This document shows positions 1-8,770 of a DNA stretch of 64,000 nucleotides, piece after piece. Source of the stretch: Candidatus Sulfomarinibacteraceae bacterium. GTDB lineage: Bacteria > Acidobacteriota > Thermoanaerobaculia > Thermoanaerobaculales > Sulfomarinibacteraceae. The DNA lies in contig CAVQQC010000009.1 of NCBI GenBank assembly GCA_963714895.1, forward strand, positions 26,172 to 90,171, in the 5' to 3' direction. A program made the translations under genes and the position numbers. Each line of letters opens with the position of its first letter. The first letter of the stretch is position 1. Under the pieces are notes generated by a model that saw only the letters and a program-made list of their open reading frames with translations, made no database searches and was not told the DNA's origin.

Positions 1-2
1 GG

Positions 3-695
3 GCGCACTTTGATGAGGCCCTGACCTTCTTCGTCGGTGACGCGGCGCTGATCGACGAGGAAAAGGCCAAGGCGCGCCCCGAACACCCCGAGTTGGTCCT
101 CGCGCTCTACAGCCCACTCAAGGGCATGACCGCGGACGGCATCATCGGCGAGGCGAGGCTCCGTCGGTTGGCGCAGGTGCAGACGGCCGTGGCGGAACTC
201 GAACAGGGCCGCGTCGAGTCGGAGGAAGCCCGGCTCACCCTCAAGGACTTCCACCTCAAGGCCAGCCGGGTGTTCAAGCGCAACACGAAGTTCCTGGAGT
301 GGCCGGTGATCGAATTCCGGGCCGAGAACGGCACCGATGAGGTGGTTTGGTTGATCCACTTCAGGGCCGCGCTCCTGCGGCCGGGCAGCGAGGAACCGTG
401 GTTGGTCGAAGAGTTCGACCAGCTCGTGCTCGAGGGGCTCGCGCCGGGCGAGCGCGATCTCTGGCGCATCGAGCCGGAACAGCAGGAATGGATCACCCTC
501 ATCGACCCCCATCCCGATTTCCAGTTCACCCTCGAGGTCATGCGGCTCGAGGGCCTCGGCGACACCGTGATCGCCGCGAGCGAGTGGGGCGACATCGAGG
601 CTGCGCGGCTCGCGCTGTACGAAAAGACCCTGGAAAAGATCCGCACCGGGGACACGCTTGCTCTCGACAGCCCGCCTCGGGTGGGAATGGACTGA
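3..695 (+). CDS. hypothetical protein, 5' end outside the window
   Basis: Frame 3 is open from base 3 (AHFDEALTFFVGDAALIDEEKAKARPEHPE...) into the listed ORF 93..695. G/C-rich third codon positions. No family motif recognised. Confidence 0.5.
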   Translation, partial: AHFDEALTFFVGDAALIDEEKAKARPEHPELVLALYSPLKGMTADGIIGEARLRRLAQVQTAVAELEQGRVESEEARLTLKDFHLKASRVFKRNTKFLEWPVIEFRAENGTDEVVWLIHFRAALLRPGSEEPWLVEEFDQLVLEGLAPGERDLWRIEPEQQEWITLIDPHPDFQFTLEVMRLEGLGDTVIAASEWGDIEAARLALYEKTLEKIRTGDTLALDSPPRVGMD

Positions 696-782
696 CCGGC
701 GGCCGGGATCCGGCTTCACCTTCGGCCACTCGGAGCCCGGCAAGCTCCCCCACTAGCGGACGCCCACACCGCCCGAACTCAT

Positions 783-864
783 CTGATGGTGGGCCAAGGC
801 CCACCCTACTTCGGGCCAACAATCCGGGTGGATTCGCAGGGTGGGCTTCGGCCCACCTTCAGAG
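783..864. repeat. REP/MITE-like nested palindrome, family 1 (two-hairpin copy)
   Basis: ctgatGGTGGGCCAAGGCCCACCctac ... cagGGTGGGCTTCGGCCCACCttcagag. Each GC block is a hairpin, and the two arms are also mutual reverse complements. Related copies at 9693..9780, 33870..33954 and 45032..45063. Confidence 0.8.
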
Positions 865-926
865 CTGACGCAACGGTGCTCCGGCGGTAGAGGAATCCAG
901 AACTGGTTCCAGCGGTTTCGCAAGTG

Positions 927-1544
927 ATGGCACAACCTGAAACACGCCGCGTTCTCGTCCTCTTCGCCCACCCTGCGCTGCGGAGGTCGCGCGTCAATCG
1001 CCGGCTGGTGGAGGTCGCCCGCGGCCTCGACGGGGTCATCGTCAACGATCTCTACCAGCAGTATCCCGATTTCGACATCGACGTGCCCCGCGAACAGCGG
1101 CTGCTTCTGGATCATGACGTGGTGGTCTTCCAGCACCCGTTCTATTGGTACTCGACTCCGGCCATTCTCAAGGAGTGGCAGGATCTGGTTCTCGAACATG
1201 GATGGGCCTATGGCCACGACGGCCATGCCCTCGAAGGCAAGACGCTGCTCAACGTCGTGTCGACCGGGGGCCCGGAAGAGGCGTACACACAGGGCGGTGC
1301 GAACCGCTTCTCCATGCGTCAGCTGCTGGCGCCGATCGAGCAGACTGCCCGCCTTTGTGGGATGACCTATCTGCCGCCGTTCGTGGTCCACGGCACCCAC
1401 GCCCTCACCCGCGACGGAATCGACCGCGAGGCGGCGGACTACCGGCGGCTTCTCGAAGCCCTGCGGGACGGACGGTTGATGGCGGGACGGGCAGCGGGTC
1501 TGGATCGTCTGAATGCCGATCTCGACGCTGTTCTGGGAGGTTGA
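927..1544 (+). CDS. kefG: KefF/KefG-type flavodoxin-like ancillary subunit of a glutathione-gated K+ efflux system
   Basis: ORF 924..1544, first ATG at 927. RRVLVLFAHP...YPDFDIDVPREQ...VVVFQHPFYWYSTPAILKEWQD matches the KefF/KefG pattern. Stop lies 3 nt before the KefB-like start. Confidence 0.8.
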   Translation: MAQPETRRVLVLFAHPALRRSRVNRRLVEVARGLDGVIVNDLYQQYPDFDIDVPREQRLLLDHDVVVFQHPFYWYSTPAILKEWQDLVLEHGWAYGHDGHALEGKTLLNVVSTGGPEEAYTQGGANRFSMRQLLAPIEQTARLCGMTYLPPFVVHGTHALTRDGIDREAADYRRLLEALRDGRLMAGRAAGLDRLNADLDAVLGG

Positions 1545-1547
1545 AGG

Positions 1548-3452
1548 ATGCACGGCGAGGGGTTCTTCTATCAAGCGTTGATCTATCTCGCAGCCGCGGT
1601 GGTGTCGGTGCCCATAGCCAAGCGGCTCGGTCTGGGCTCGGTGCTTGGTTACCTCATGGCGGGGATCGCCATCGGGCCATTCGCACTTGGACTGGTTGGG
1701 GAGGACGGCCAGGACGTCCTGCACTTTGCCGAGTTCGGCGTGGTGATGATGCTGTTTCTGATCGGGCTCGAGCTGCAGCCGAGCCTCTTGTGGCGGTTGC
1801 GGGGCTCGATCCTCGGGCTCGGCGGGCTCCAGGTGGGGGTGACCGCCGCGGTCGTCACAGTGGTCGGCCTCGGCGCCGGACTCGACTGGCGCAGCGCCCT
1901 TGCCGTCGGGCTCATCCTTGCCCTGTCGTCGACCGCCATCGTGCTGCAGACCCTGCAGGAGAAGGGCCTGATGAAGACCGGCGGCGGCCGCAGCGCCTTT
2001 TCGGTCCTGCTCTTTCAAGATCTGGCGGTGATACCGATGCTGGCCATCCTGCCGCTGCTGGCGCACGGCGGGGGCGCCCACTCGGTAGGCGATGCCGGTC
2101 ACTCGGTGACCTGGGTCGAGGGGCTGCCGGGGTGGGCGGCGGCGCTGGTCGTGGTGGCGGCGGTGGCGTCGATCGTGATCGGCGGCCGGCTGGTGATGCG
2201 GCCGGCGTTTCGCTTCATCGCCAAGGCGCACGTGCCGGAGGTCTTTACCGCGGCGGCCCTGTTGCTGGTGATCGGGATCGCTCTCCTCATGACGAAGGTC
2301 GGCCTGAGCCCGGCATTGGGGACCTTCCTGGCCGGGGTGGTTCTGGCAACCAGCGAGTACCGGCACGAGCTCGAGGGTGATATCGAGCCCTTCAAGGGCC
2401 TGCTGCTCGGTCTGTTCTTCATCGCCGTCGGGGCCTCGATCGATTTCGGCCAAATCGCACAACACCCGGGTCTCATCGGGGCTCTGGTGGCCGGTCTCAT
2501 CATCATCAAATTCATCATCCTGGTGATCCTGGGGCGCGTTTTCGGGCTCGGACAGGATCAGAATCTCCTGTTCAGTTTCTCTCTCGCCCAGGCGGGCGAG
2601 TTCGCCTTTGTGCTGTTTTCTTTCGCCACCCAACAGGGCGTGCTGTCGATCGGAATTACGACACCACTGATCGCAGTGGTCGCATTGACGATGGCCCTGA
2701 CGCCGCTCCTGATGTTGATCAACGAACGCCTGGTGCAGCCGCGGTTCGGTACCCTCGAGAAAGCGGAACGAGAACCCGATGCCATCGAAGAGTCGAACCC
2801 GGTGATCATCGCGGGCTACGGCCGCGTCGGCACCATCATCGGACGTCTGCTGCGCGCCGCGGGCATCGGCACGACGGTTCTCGAGGTGGACTCCGATCAG
2901 GTCGAGATGCTCCGCAAGCTGGGGCACAAGGTGTTCTACGGCGACGCGTCGCGGCTCGATCTGCTGCGTTCGGCGGGCGCGGACACCGCACGGGTGCTGG
3001 TGATCGCCATCGACGATCCGGAGCGGATTCTCGAAATCGCCGCAACCGCGCAGAAGCACTTCCCCCACCTCGCTGTCTTCTGCCGTGCGGTGGGCCGGAC
3101 CCACGCCTATGAGCTTTTGGAGGCCGGGGTGGATCGGGTTTACCGGGAGACCCTCGACAGCTCGTTGCGCATCGGGGGTGACGTGATGAGCGAACTCGGC
3201 GTGCCGGCCTTCGAGGCGCTGCGCCGGGTGCGGCGGTTCCGGCGCCACGACGAGACGGCCGTGCGCGAGATGAGCGGAAAGAGGGAAGACGCAACGGCTT
3301 ATATCCACCTGGTGAGGCAGCAGATCGCGGCTCTCGAGAAGGTGATGAGTGCTGATCTCGAGGACCTCGGCAGCGACCTCGATGCTGCCTGGGACTCGAG
3401 TTCGCTCCGCGGCGAGGCGGTTGCGGAAGGTGGGACCGGAAGGAACTCGTGA
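1548..3452 (+). CDS. kefB: CPA2-family glutathione-regulated K+/H+ antiporter (KefB/KefC-like) with C-terminal RCK/TrkA-N domain
   Basis: 634-aa ORF. Polytopic N-terminal exchanger domain (GLGSVLGYLMAGIAIGPFALG...). Rossmann-type VIIAGYGRVGTIIGRLL in the C-terminal third. GGAGG upstream of the ATG. Confidence 0.9.
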   Translation: MHGEGFFYQALIYLAAAVVSVPIAKRLGLGSVLGYLMAGIAIGPFALGLVGEDGQDVLHFAEFGVVMMLFLIGLELQPSLLWRLRGSILGLGGLQVGVTAAVVTVVGLGAGLDWRSALAVGLILALSSTAIVLQTLQEKGLMKTGGGRSAFSVLLFQDLAVIPMLAILPLLAHGGGAHSVGDAGHSVTWVEGLPGWAAALVVVAAVASIVIGGRLVMRPAFRFIAKAHVPEVFTAAALLLVIGIALLMTKVGLSPALGTFLAGVVLATSEYRHELEGDIEPFKGLLLGLFFIAVGASIDFGQIAQHPGLIGALVAGLIIIKFIILVILGRVFGLGQDQNLLFSFSLAQAGEFAFVLFSFATQQGVLSIGITTPLIAVVALTMALTPLLMLINERLVQPRFGTLEKAEREPDAIEESNPVIIAGYGRVGTIIGRLLRAAGIGTTVLEVDSDQVEMLRKLGHKVFYGDASRLDLLRSAGADTARVLVIAIDDPERILEIAATAQKHFPHLAVFCRAVGRTHAYELLEAGVDRVYRETLDSSLRIGGDVMSELGVPAFEALRRVRRFRRHDETAVREMSGKREDATAYIHLVRQQIAALEKVMSADLEDLGSDLDAAWDSSSLRGEAVAEGGTGRNS

Positions 3453-3495
3453 TCCGCGGGGAGGAATACGTCGTTCCGGGCTACACTGCCCCTCA

Positions 3496-4221
3496 ATGGT
3501 AGCCTCAGAACTCTTGCCGAGAAGCCTCCGCGAGGAGAGGTTTTTCCGTTGGCGCGGCGGCGAGGTATCTCGCATCGAGGGATTGTCCGACGCTGTGTTC
3601 GCCCTCTCTTTGACCCTGCTGGTGGTCGCTCTCGAGGTACCGAAGACGGGTGAAGGTCTGGTTGCCGTTTTCTGGCAATTCCCGGCCTTCGTCCTGTGCT
3701 TCGCCTTTTTGCTCTGGGTCTGGTACGAGCATTTTCTCTACCACCGTCGTTACGGTTTCGAGGACGCGACGACGGTCGCGCTCAACGGGGTTCTGCTCTT
3801 TTTCATCGTCTTCTACGTCTTTCCGATGAAGTTTCTGGCGTCGGTCCTGGTCACGGCGCCGCTTGCGGGGAGCCCCGGCGTTTCGGAAATGAGTCGCGGG
3901 ACAACCGTGATGCTGCTCTTCAGCGGCGGCTTCGTGGGCATCTTTGTTGTTTTGTCGGTGATGTACTGGCGGGCGTGGCGGTTGCGCGATCAGCTGCATC
4001 TGAACGCCGCCGAGGCGGTGGCGACGAAGGGGCGGCTCCAGCGGCATCTGGCAACGGTCGCGATCGGCGTCGCTTCCCTGCTGCTGGCGCTGCTGGCGCC
4101 TCGGGTCCCGGCCCTGTCCGGCCTCGTCTATTTCCTGATGGGCCCCACCATGGGCTGGATGGGCTACCGCACCGGAAAAGCGGTTGAACGGGCGGCCTCC
4201 GATTTGGCAGTGAGGCAATGA
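3496..4221 (+). CDS. TMEM175/DUF1211-like K+ channel family membrane protein
   Basis: First ATG (3496) after the kefB stop within ORF 3349..4221. RIEGLSDAVFALSLTLLV resembles the RxxxFSD TM1 signature. Six hydrophobic helices by eye. Confidence 0.7.
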   Translation: MVASELLPRSLREERFFRWRGGEVSRIEGLSDAVFALSLTLLVVALEVPKTGEGLVAVFWQFPAFVLCFAFLLWVWYEHFLYHRRYGFEDATTVALNGVLLFFIVFYVFPMKFLASVLVTAPLAGSPGVSEMSRGTTVMLLFSGGFVGIFVVLSVMYWRAWRLRDQLHLNAAEAVATKGRLQRHLATVAIGVASLLLALLAPRVPALSGLVYFLMGPTMGWMGYRTGKAVERAASDLAVRQ

Positions 4222-4264
4222 GGCAATGGGGCGATGGGGCAATGGGGCAGTGAGGCGGTGAGGG
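4209..4264. repeat. 7-copy tandem octamer array (RRTGRGGC)
   Basis: agtgaggc aatgaggc aatggggc gatggggc aatggggc agtgaggc ggtgaggg. The array spans the stop codon (4219..4221) of the preceding gene. Four GGGG runs at 4228, 4236, 4244 and 4262. Confidence 0.85.
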
Positions 4265-4350
4265 GTTACCGAAGCCTGGGCCTCATTGCCAGGCCGCAAG
4301 GCGGTCGGCCATTGCCACACTGTCCCATCTGACCCGTCATTCCCGGCAGG

Positions 4351-4908
4351 TTAAGGCCACAACCAGCCGAAAATTCCGGCGGTGAGGAGGCCGTACACCA
4401 GCCCGTCGAAGACGTGCTTGAGCGTCATGCTCCACGGTTTCATCTTCCAGATGGAGTCCGAGAAGTATGCGAGCGAATAGGCCATGAAGCTCGAGCATCC
4501 GACCACTCTGAAGACCTGGAGGTAGTGTGTGCCGGGCGCCAGGGTCCGGCTCGCGAGGTAGCCCGCGAAGATGCCGACGACCAACGTGAAGGCGAACCAC
4601 AGGCCGAGCGCCTTCCCCATGGCTGGCGGTCCGCTGGGATTGATGTTCATCGTCCCCACCGGGCCCTGGGCGTACTTCTCCATCATCTCCGGGGTTCCCA
4701 TCTCCTTCATGCTTCCGGCATAGGGGAACGCATAGAAACCGGGCGCGATCTTTCCATTGCGCATCGCGCCGAGCACGGAGCCTTCGTCCGGAAGTTGCCG
4801 GTACTCCGAGTTGTGGTACTTGAGCGCCATGTGAATGACCGAGCTGGCGATGAAGACAACCACCGCCGAGAGCACGATCGGGAGCCAGAGTGCGGTCAAC
4901 GACACCAT
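4351..4908 (-). CDS. hypothetical integral membrane protein
   Basis: ATG at 4908 preceded by GGAGGTG, within the longer ORF 4351..5112. 185 aa with about four hydrophobic segments. No family recognised. Confidence 0.6.
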   Translation of the reverse strand: MVSLTALWLPIVLSAVVVFIASSVIHMALKYHNSEYRQLPDEGSVLGAMRNGKIAPGFYAFPYAGSMKEMGTPEMMEKYAQGPVGTMNINPSGPPAMGKALGLWFAFTLVVGIFAGYLASRTLAPGTHYLQVFRVVGCSSFMAYSLAYFSDSIWKMKPWSMTLKHVFDGLVYGLLTAGIFGWLWP

Positions 4909-5253
4909 GTTCACCTCCGTGTTCAGTTTTTGTGACACCGTCTCGGAATTGACTCTTTCCTTATAGCAGTCCCGGCGATCCGCGTCTATGTGGTGGGCAA
5001 CCTCGTGGACCTCAGGCACCGGCTTTTCCCGGTGACACGACACGGCAGGATTTCTTCTACAAATTCTGCTCATAGTTACCACAAAAAATGTGCACGAATA
5101 ACACCGCAACATTTTCTGAAAACTCCACGTAGTAGGCCGGAAGAACTCGGCGCTGGTGTGCGGAGTTTCTGGGAGGTGTGTTTATTTGAACTACTTATGA
5201 CGACAGGAAACGATCTTGTTCGGGTTCCATTTTCACATTGGAGACAGGAGGAA

Positions 5254-8244
5254 ATGATGAAGTTATTCGGAAGAATTCTCGTTGCGTTTATGGTCGTTTG
5301 CCTCACCGCTGGTCTGGCCTCCGCGCAGACCACCCGCGGCGACATCCAGGGCCGGGTCGGCGACGAGGCGGGAATCGCCATGCCGGGCGTGACCGTCGCC
5401 ATCGCCTCGGAAGCGCTGATCGGGCAACAGGCCACCGTCACGGATGCCCAGGGCACATACAAGTTCCTCGTCTTGCCCCCGGGCGCCTACACTGTGACCT
5501 TCAGCCTCACGGGCTACCAGACCCGCACGCAGGAGAACATCGCGGTCAAGATCGGTTCCACCACCCGGGTGGACTCGGTCATGACTCCCGCTTTCAGCGA
5601 CGAAGTCGTGGTGACATCGGAGGCGCCGCTGGTTGACACCTCGAACACCTCGATTGGTGTTGACCTGTCGTCGGAATTCTATGGCTCGCTGCCGACCGGC
5701 CGCAACTACACCTCGGTGGCTTCGGTGACCCCGGGAGCCCAGGTGGACGGGTCGGGCCAGACATTTTACGGTTCGACCGGCGCCGAGAACGCCTATTACA
5801 TCGACGGCGCCAACACCACCGGCGTCGAACTTGGCCAGCAGGGCACCAACCTCAACTTCGAGTTCATCGATGAGGTTCAGGTCAAGACCGGATCCTACAA
5901 CGCCGAGTACGGCCGCGCCACCGGTTCGGTGATCAGCGTGATCACCAAGTCCGGCGGCAACGAGTTCCACGGCGATGTCTTCGGTTACTACGATGCTGAC
6001 AGCCTCCAGTCCAGTCTGAAAGGTGCCGCAGATGATGGTCCGATAGGCGCTTCCAGCAAACAGACCAGCTATACCCGCAGCGACTACGGACTCGATATCG
6101 GCGGCTACATCGCCAAGGACAAACTGTGGTTCTTCGCCGCCTATGACCGGGTAGACAACGAAAACAACCTGGAAGTGCTCAGCGACTTCTCCTCCGTCAT
6201 CGAGGGAGGAACCGCAACCGGAGATGAGTTCCCGACCACGACGAAAAGTGATCTCTGGGCTGCCAAGCTGACCTGGAGGATTGCCCCCAACCACTCCCTG
6301 TCGGGCTCGGGCTTCGGCGACCCGTCAGAAAATGACGGCGTCCTCGCTGGCGTCTCGCTGGCAGCGACTCCTCTGTATTTCATCGGATTGAACACCACCG
6401 GCGGAACCAACTACTCGTTCAACTACGACGGTATCCTGGGGCAGAACGTGGTGATCAGCGCCCGCGTCGCGCAGCACGCCGAGGAAAACAAGCAGGATGG
6501 ACCCGGCGCGGATGTCGTGGGCTACATCGACAACACCGATCCTCTCGGCGACAGCTCGATAGTCTTCGGCTGGAATGCCGACAGCAACGCCACCACGAGT
6601 GTCTCCGGTTACAACTTCTGGCAGAACTCAGAGTTTACGAGGGACCAGTACAACGCGGACCTGGCGTGGTTCGTCGGCAACTTCGGCGGTTCCCACGAAT
6701 TCAAGATCGGGGCGGAGTACGAAGATATCGGCGTCGTCAACGACAACTGGAACGGCGGGACCGGACAGCGAATCTACCGTTTCGGGTGCAACCCGGCATC
6801 GCGCTATTGTGGCGAGAACAACGAGAATGCCTATTATTTCCGCCATCGTTACTTCATCGGTGATGCAAACCTCGACCCGCTCACGCTCACCCGGAACGAC
6901 ATCGTGGCGCCCCTTGGTGTCGATACAAAGGCCGACAATTACGCCTATTTCCTGCAGGACACCTGGCAGGTGACCGGCAGTTTGTCGTTGGCTCTCGGAG
7001 TGCGTCTCAGCCAACAGAAGCTCTACAACGGTGCCGGAGAGGTCAGCGCGAACATCGACGACAATTGGTCACCGCGTCTCGGCTTTGTCTGGGATCCGCT
7101 GAGCAATGGCAAATCCAAGCTGTTCGGCCACTGGGGCAAGTTCTACGAGACCATTCCGATGGACATCGTGATCCGGTCCTTCGGTGGCGAGATCTCGGTG
7201 TTCTCCTACAACTTCTCCGATGATCCGAATGACGTCGCGGGCCTGCCTGAAGAGACGAGGCCGCGCCGCACATCGGTTCTCGGCGGCGATTCCCTGGTTG
7301 ACCCCGGCCTCAAGGGCCAGCACCTCGAGGAGTACGTCATCGGATTCGAATATGAGTTCGCCCCCGACTGGGCGGCCGGCATCAAGTACATCGACCGTTC
7401 GCTCAAGCGGGTGATCGAGGATGCGCTTTCGGCTGATGGCGAGTACTACATCGGCAACCCGGGGTACGGTCTGATGACCGGTACGTATGACATCGGGTAC
7501 GCATACGGCTACAACGATTGCCCGACTCCCGCGGAGTGCCCGAACTTCCACGCGATCCCGGTCCCGAGCCGCGAGTTCACCGGTATCGAGCTGACGTTGA
7601 AGAAGCGCTTCTCCAACAACTTCCAGTTCATTACCTCGTTCCTGTTCTCCGACCTGACCGGCAATTACGACGGGACCTTCCAGGCCTCCACCGGTCAGCT
7701 CGACCCCAACCTCAACTCCGCCTTCGATTACTACGACTTCGCGGTCAACAACCAGGGCGAGCTGTCCAACGACATCCCCTTCCAGTTCAAGTTCGATGGC
7801 ATCTACCGTTTCAACTTCGGGCTGTCGGCCGGTCTCTCTGCTTTCTACACCGACGGCACGCCGATCACCGCCATGGGGTACTCCGGCGCGTACCAGAACT
7901 GGGAGTACTACTTGTCCGATCGCGGTGGCTTCGGCCGGACCGACGCCTACTACGAGGCCAACATCCACCTCGGCTATCCGCTGAAGCTCGGCTCCAACCT
8001 CGAGCTCAACGTGATGCTCGACATCTTCAATGTTCTCAACCGGCAGATGGAGACCTTGCGCAACATCCGCTACACCAATGCAAACGACGCCTACGAGGTG
8101 GTCGACTGGACCACGGGTGAAGACTATCCGGCGATCTCGCCGACAAACGATCAGGGCAGGCCGCCGACAGGCGAGGGTTGGAATACTTCCAACCAATGGA
8201 CGCAACCGACCTCGGTTCGTCTCGGACTGCGTCTTTCCTTCTAA
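5254..8244 (+). CDS. TonB-dependent receptor-like outer-membrane protein with N-terminal carboxypeptidase-regulatory-like domain
   Basis: ATG 5254/5257 after AGGAGG. Signal peptide ending LASAQ. GVTVAIASEA..TDAQGTYKF..LPPGAYTVTFSLTGYQT (CarboxypepD_reg-like) followed by a plug-like segment. C-terminal ...VRLGLRLSF beta-barrel terminus. Confidence 0.85.
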   Translation: MMKLFGRILVAFMVVCLTAGLASAQTTRGDIQGRVGDEAGIAMPGVTVAIASEALIGQQATVTDAQGTYKFLVLPPGAYTVTFSLTGYQTRTQENIAVKIGSTTRVDSVMTPAFSDEVVVTSEAPLVDTSNTSIGVDLSSEFYGSLPTGRNYTSVASVTPGAQVDGSGQTFYGSTGAENAYYIDGANTTGVELGQQGTNLNFEFIDEVQVKTGSYNAEYGRATGSVISVITKSGGNEFHGDVFGYYDADSLQSSLKGAADDGPIGASSKQTSYTRSDYGLDIGGYIAKDKLWFFAAYDRVDNENNLEVLSDFSSVIEGGTATGDEFPTTTKSDLWAAKLTWRIAPNHSLSGSGFGDPSENDGVLAGVSLAATPLYFIGLNTTGGTNYSFNYDGILGQNVVISARVAQHAEENKQDGPGADVVGYIDNTDPLGDSSIVFGWNADSNATTSVSGYNFWQNSEFTRDQYNADLAWFVGNFGGSHEFKIGAEYEDIGVVNDNWNGGTGQRIYRFGCNPASRYCGENNENAYYFRHRYFIGDANLDPLTLTRNDIVAPLGVDTKADNYAYFLQDTWQVTGSLSLALGVRLSQQKLYNGAGEVSANIDDNWSPRLGFVWDPLSNGKSKLFGHWGKFYETIPMDIVIRSFGGEISVFSYNFSDDPNDVAGLPEETRPRRTSVLGGDSLVDPGLKGQHLEEYVIGFEYEFAPDWAAGIKYIDRSLKRVIEDALSADGEYYIGNPGYGLMTGTYDIGYAYGYNDCPTPAECPNFHAIPVPSREFTGIELTLKKRFSNNFQFITSFLFSDLTGNYDGTFQASTGQLDPNLNSAFDYYDFAVNNQGELSNDIPFQFKFDGIYRFNFGLSAGLSAFYTDGTPITAMGYSGAYQNWEYYLSDRGGFGRTDAYYEANIHLGYPLKLGSNLELNVMLDIFNVLNRQMETLRNIRYTNANDAYEVVDWTTGEDYPAISPTNDQGRPPTGEGWNTSNQWTQPTSVRLGLRLSF

Positions 8245-8269
8245 TCCGGTTACCCCGAAACGACCGGAT

Positions 8270-8294
8270 GGGGGCCTTCGGGCCCCCCTTTTTT
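8270..8294 (+). terminator. rho-independent terminator of the receptor gene
   Basis: GGGGGCC-ttcg-GGCCCCC stem-loop followed by c+TTTTTT, 26 nt after the TAA stop. Confidence 0.85.
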
Positions 8295-8346
8295 GGCTTG
8301 AGGCTTGAGGCCTGGGGCTTGAGGCCTGGGCTATGAGCTGAGCCTC
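8295..8346. repeat. degenerate heptamer tandem array (TTGAGGC / CTGGGGC)
   Basis: ggcttgaggcttgaggcctggggcttgaggcctgggctatgagctgagcc read directly. Period 7. Confidence 0.7.
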
Positions 8347-8401
8347 CTGCAATATTCGAAATAGACCGCCGAAATCGTACGTATCGCGCCTGATCGAAGT
8401 C

Positions 8402-8467
8402 GGGCGGCACAGGTGCCGCCCCTACCCACAAAGGACATTCCCTTGTAGTGGCGGGGCCTGCCCCGCC
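8402..8467. repeat. REP-like nested palindrome, family 2
   Basis: GGGCGGCAcaggTGCCGCCC-CTAC-(19 nt)-GTAG-t-GGCGGGGcctgCCCCGCC. Second copy at 32766..32836 has the same CTAC/GTAG inner repeat and the same CCTG loop. Confidence 0.75.
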
Positions 8468-8499
8468 TTTGAAGGTCAATTCTGCAAGAGGCTCAACTA

Positions 8500-8564
8500 T
8501 GAGTTTTGAGTTGTCAGTTGGGGTGGGATGGAAAATCCGAAATCCGAAATCCGAAATCCGAAAT
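8500..8564. repeat. two adjacent heptamer tandem arrays
   Basis: tgagttt tgagttg tcagttg gggtggg (8500..8527), then (aaatccg)x4 plus a partial unit (8533..8564). Confidence 0.8.
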
Positions 8565-8745
8565 GCTGCGGGCATCGACGCCGGGGAGCGGCATTCCGAC
8601 GTGCACATCCCGATTCTCTGAACGGTATTGCCCGTGAGTGCCCCCTCTGACAATGATGGGCCCTTGACGCTGACTCGCGACTGGCTTCCGAGTTCCCAAC
8701 ATTGTCAGAGACGGCACGTCCGGTGAACGCGGACGATTCTCCTTT

Positions 8746-8769
8746 CTCCCTTGCTCCCTTGCTCCCTTT
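8746..8769. repeat. 3-copy octamer tandem repeat (CTCCCTTG)
   Basis: ctcccttg ctcccttg ctcccttt, directly abutting the stop codon of the LysR-type gene on the other strand. Confidence 0.7.
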
Positions 8770-8770
8770 C

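Noticed and set aside
753-3575. Very long antisense or alternative-frame ORFs. Examples: 753..3575 (-), 940 aa; 9675..11897 (-), 740 aa; 17443..20049 (+), 868 aa; 24929..26362 (+); 34007..35911 (+), 634 aa; 57488..58927 (+); 61802..63073 (+).
   Set aside because: - Their translations are Arg/Pro/Gly/His-rich low-complexity strings with no family motifs.
- Each lies opposite, or out of frame with, an ORF that has clear family signatures.
- Such stop-free shadow frames are expected in GC-rich DNA.
8295-8769. CRISPR array
   Set aside because: - The repeat units are only 7-8 bp and directly tandem, with no spacers.
- No cas genes are present in the window.
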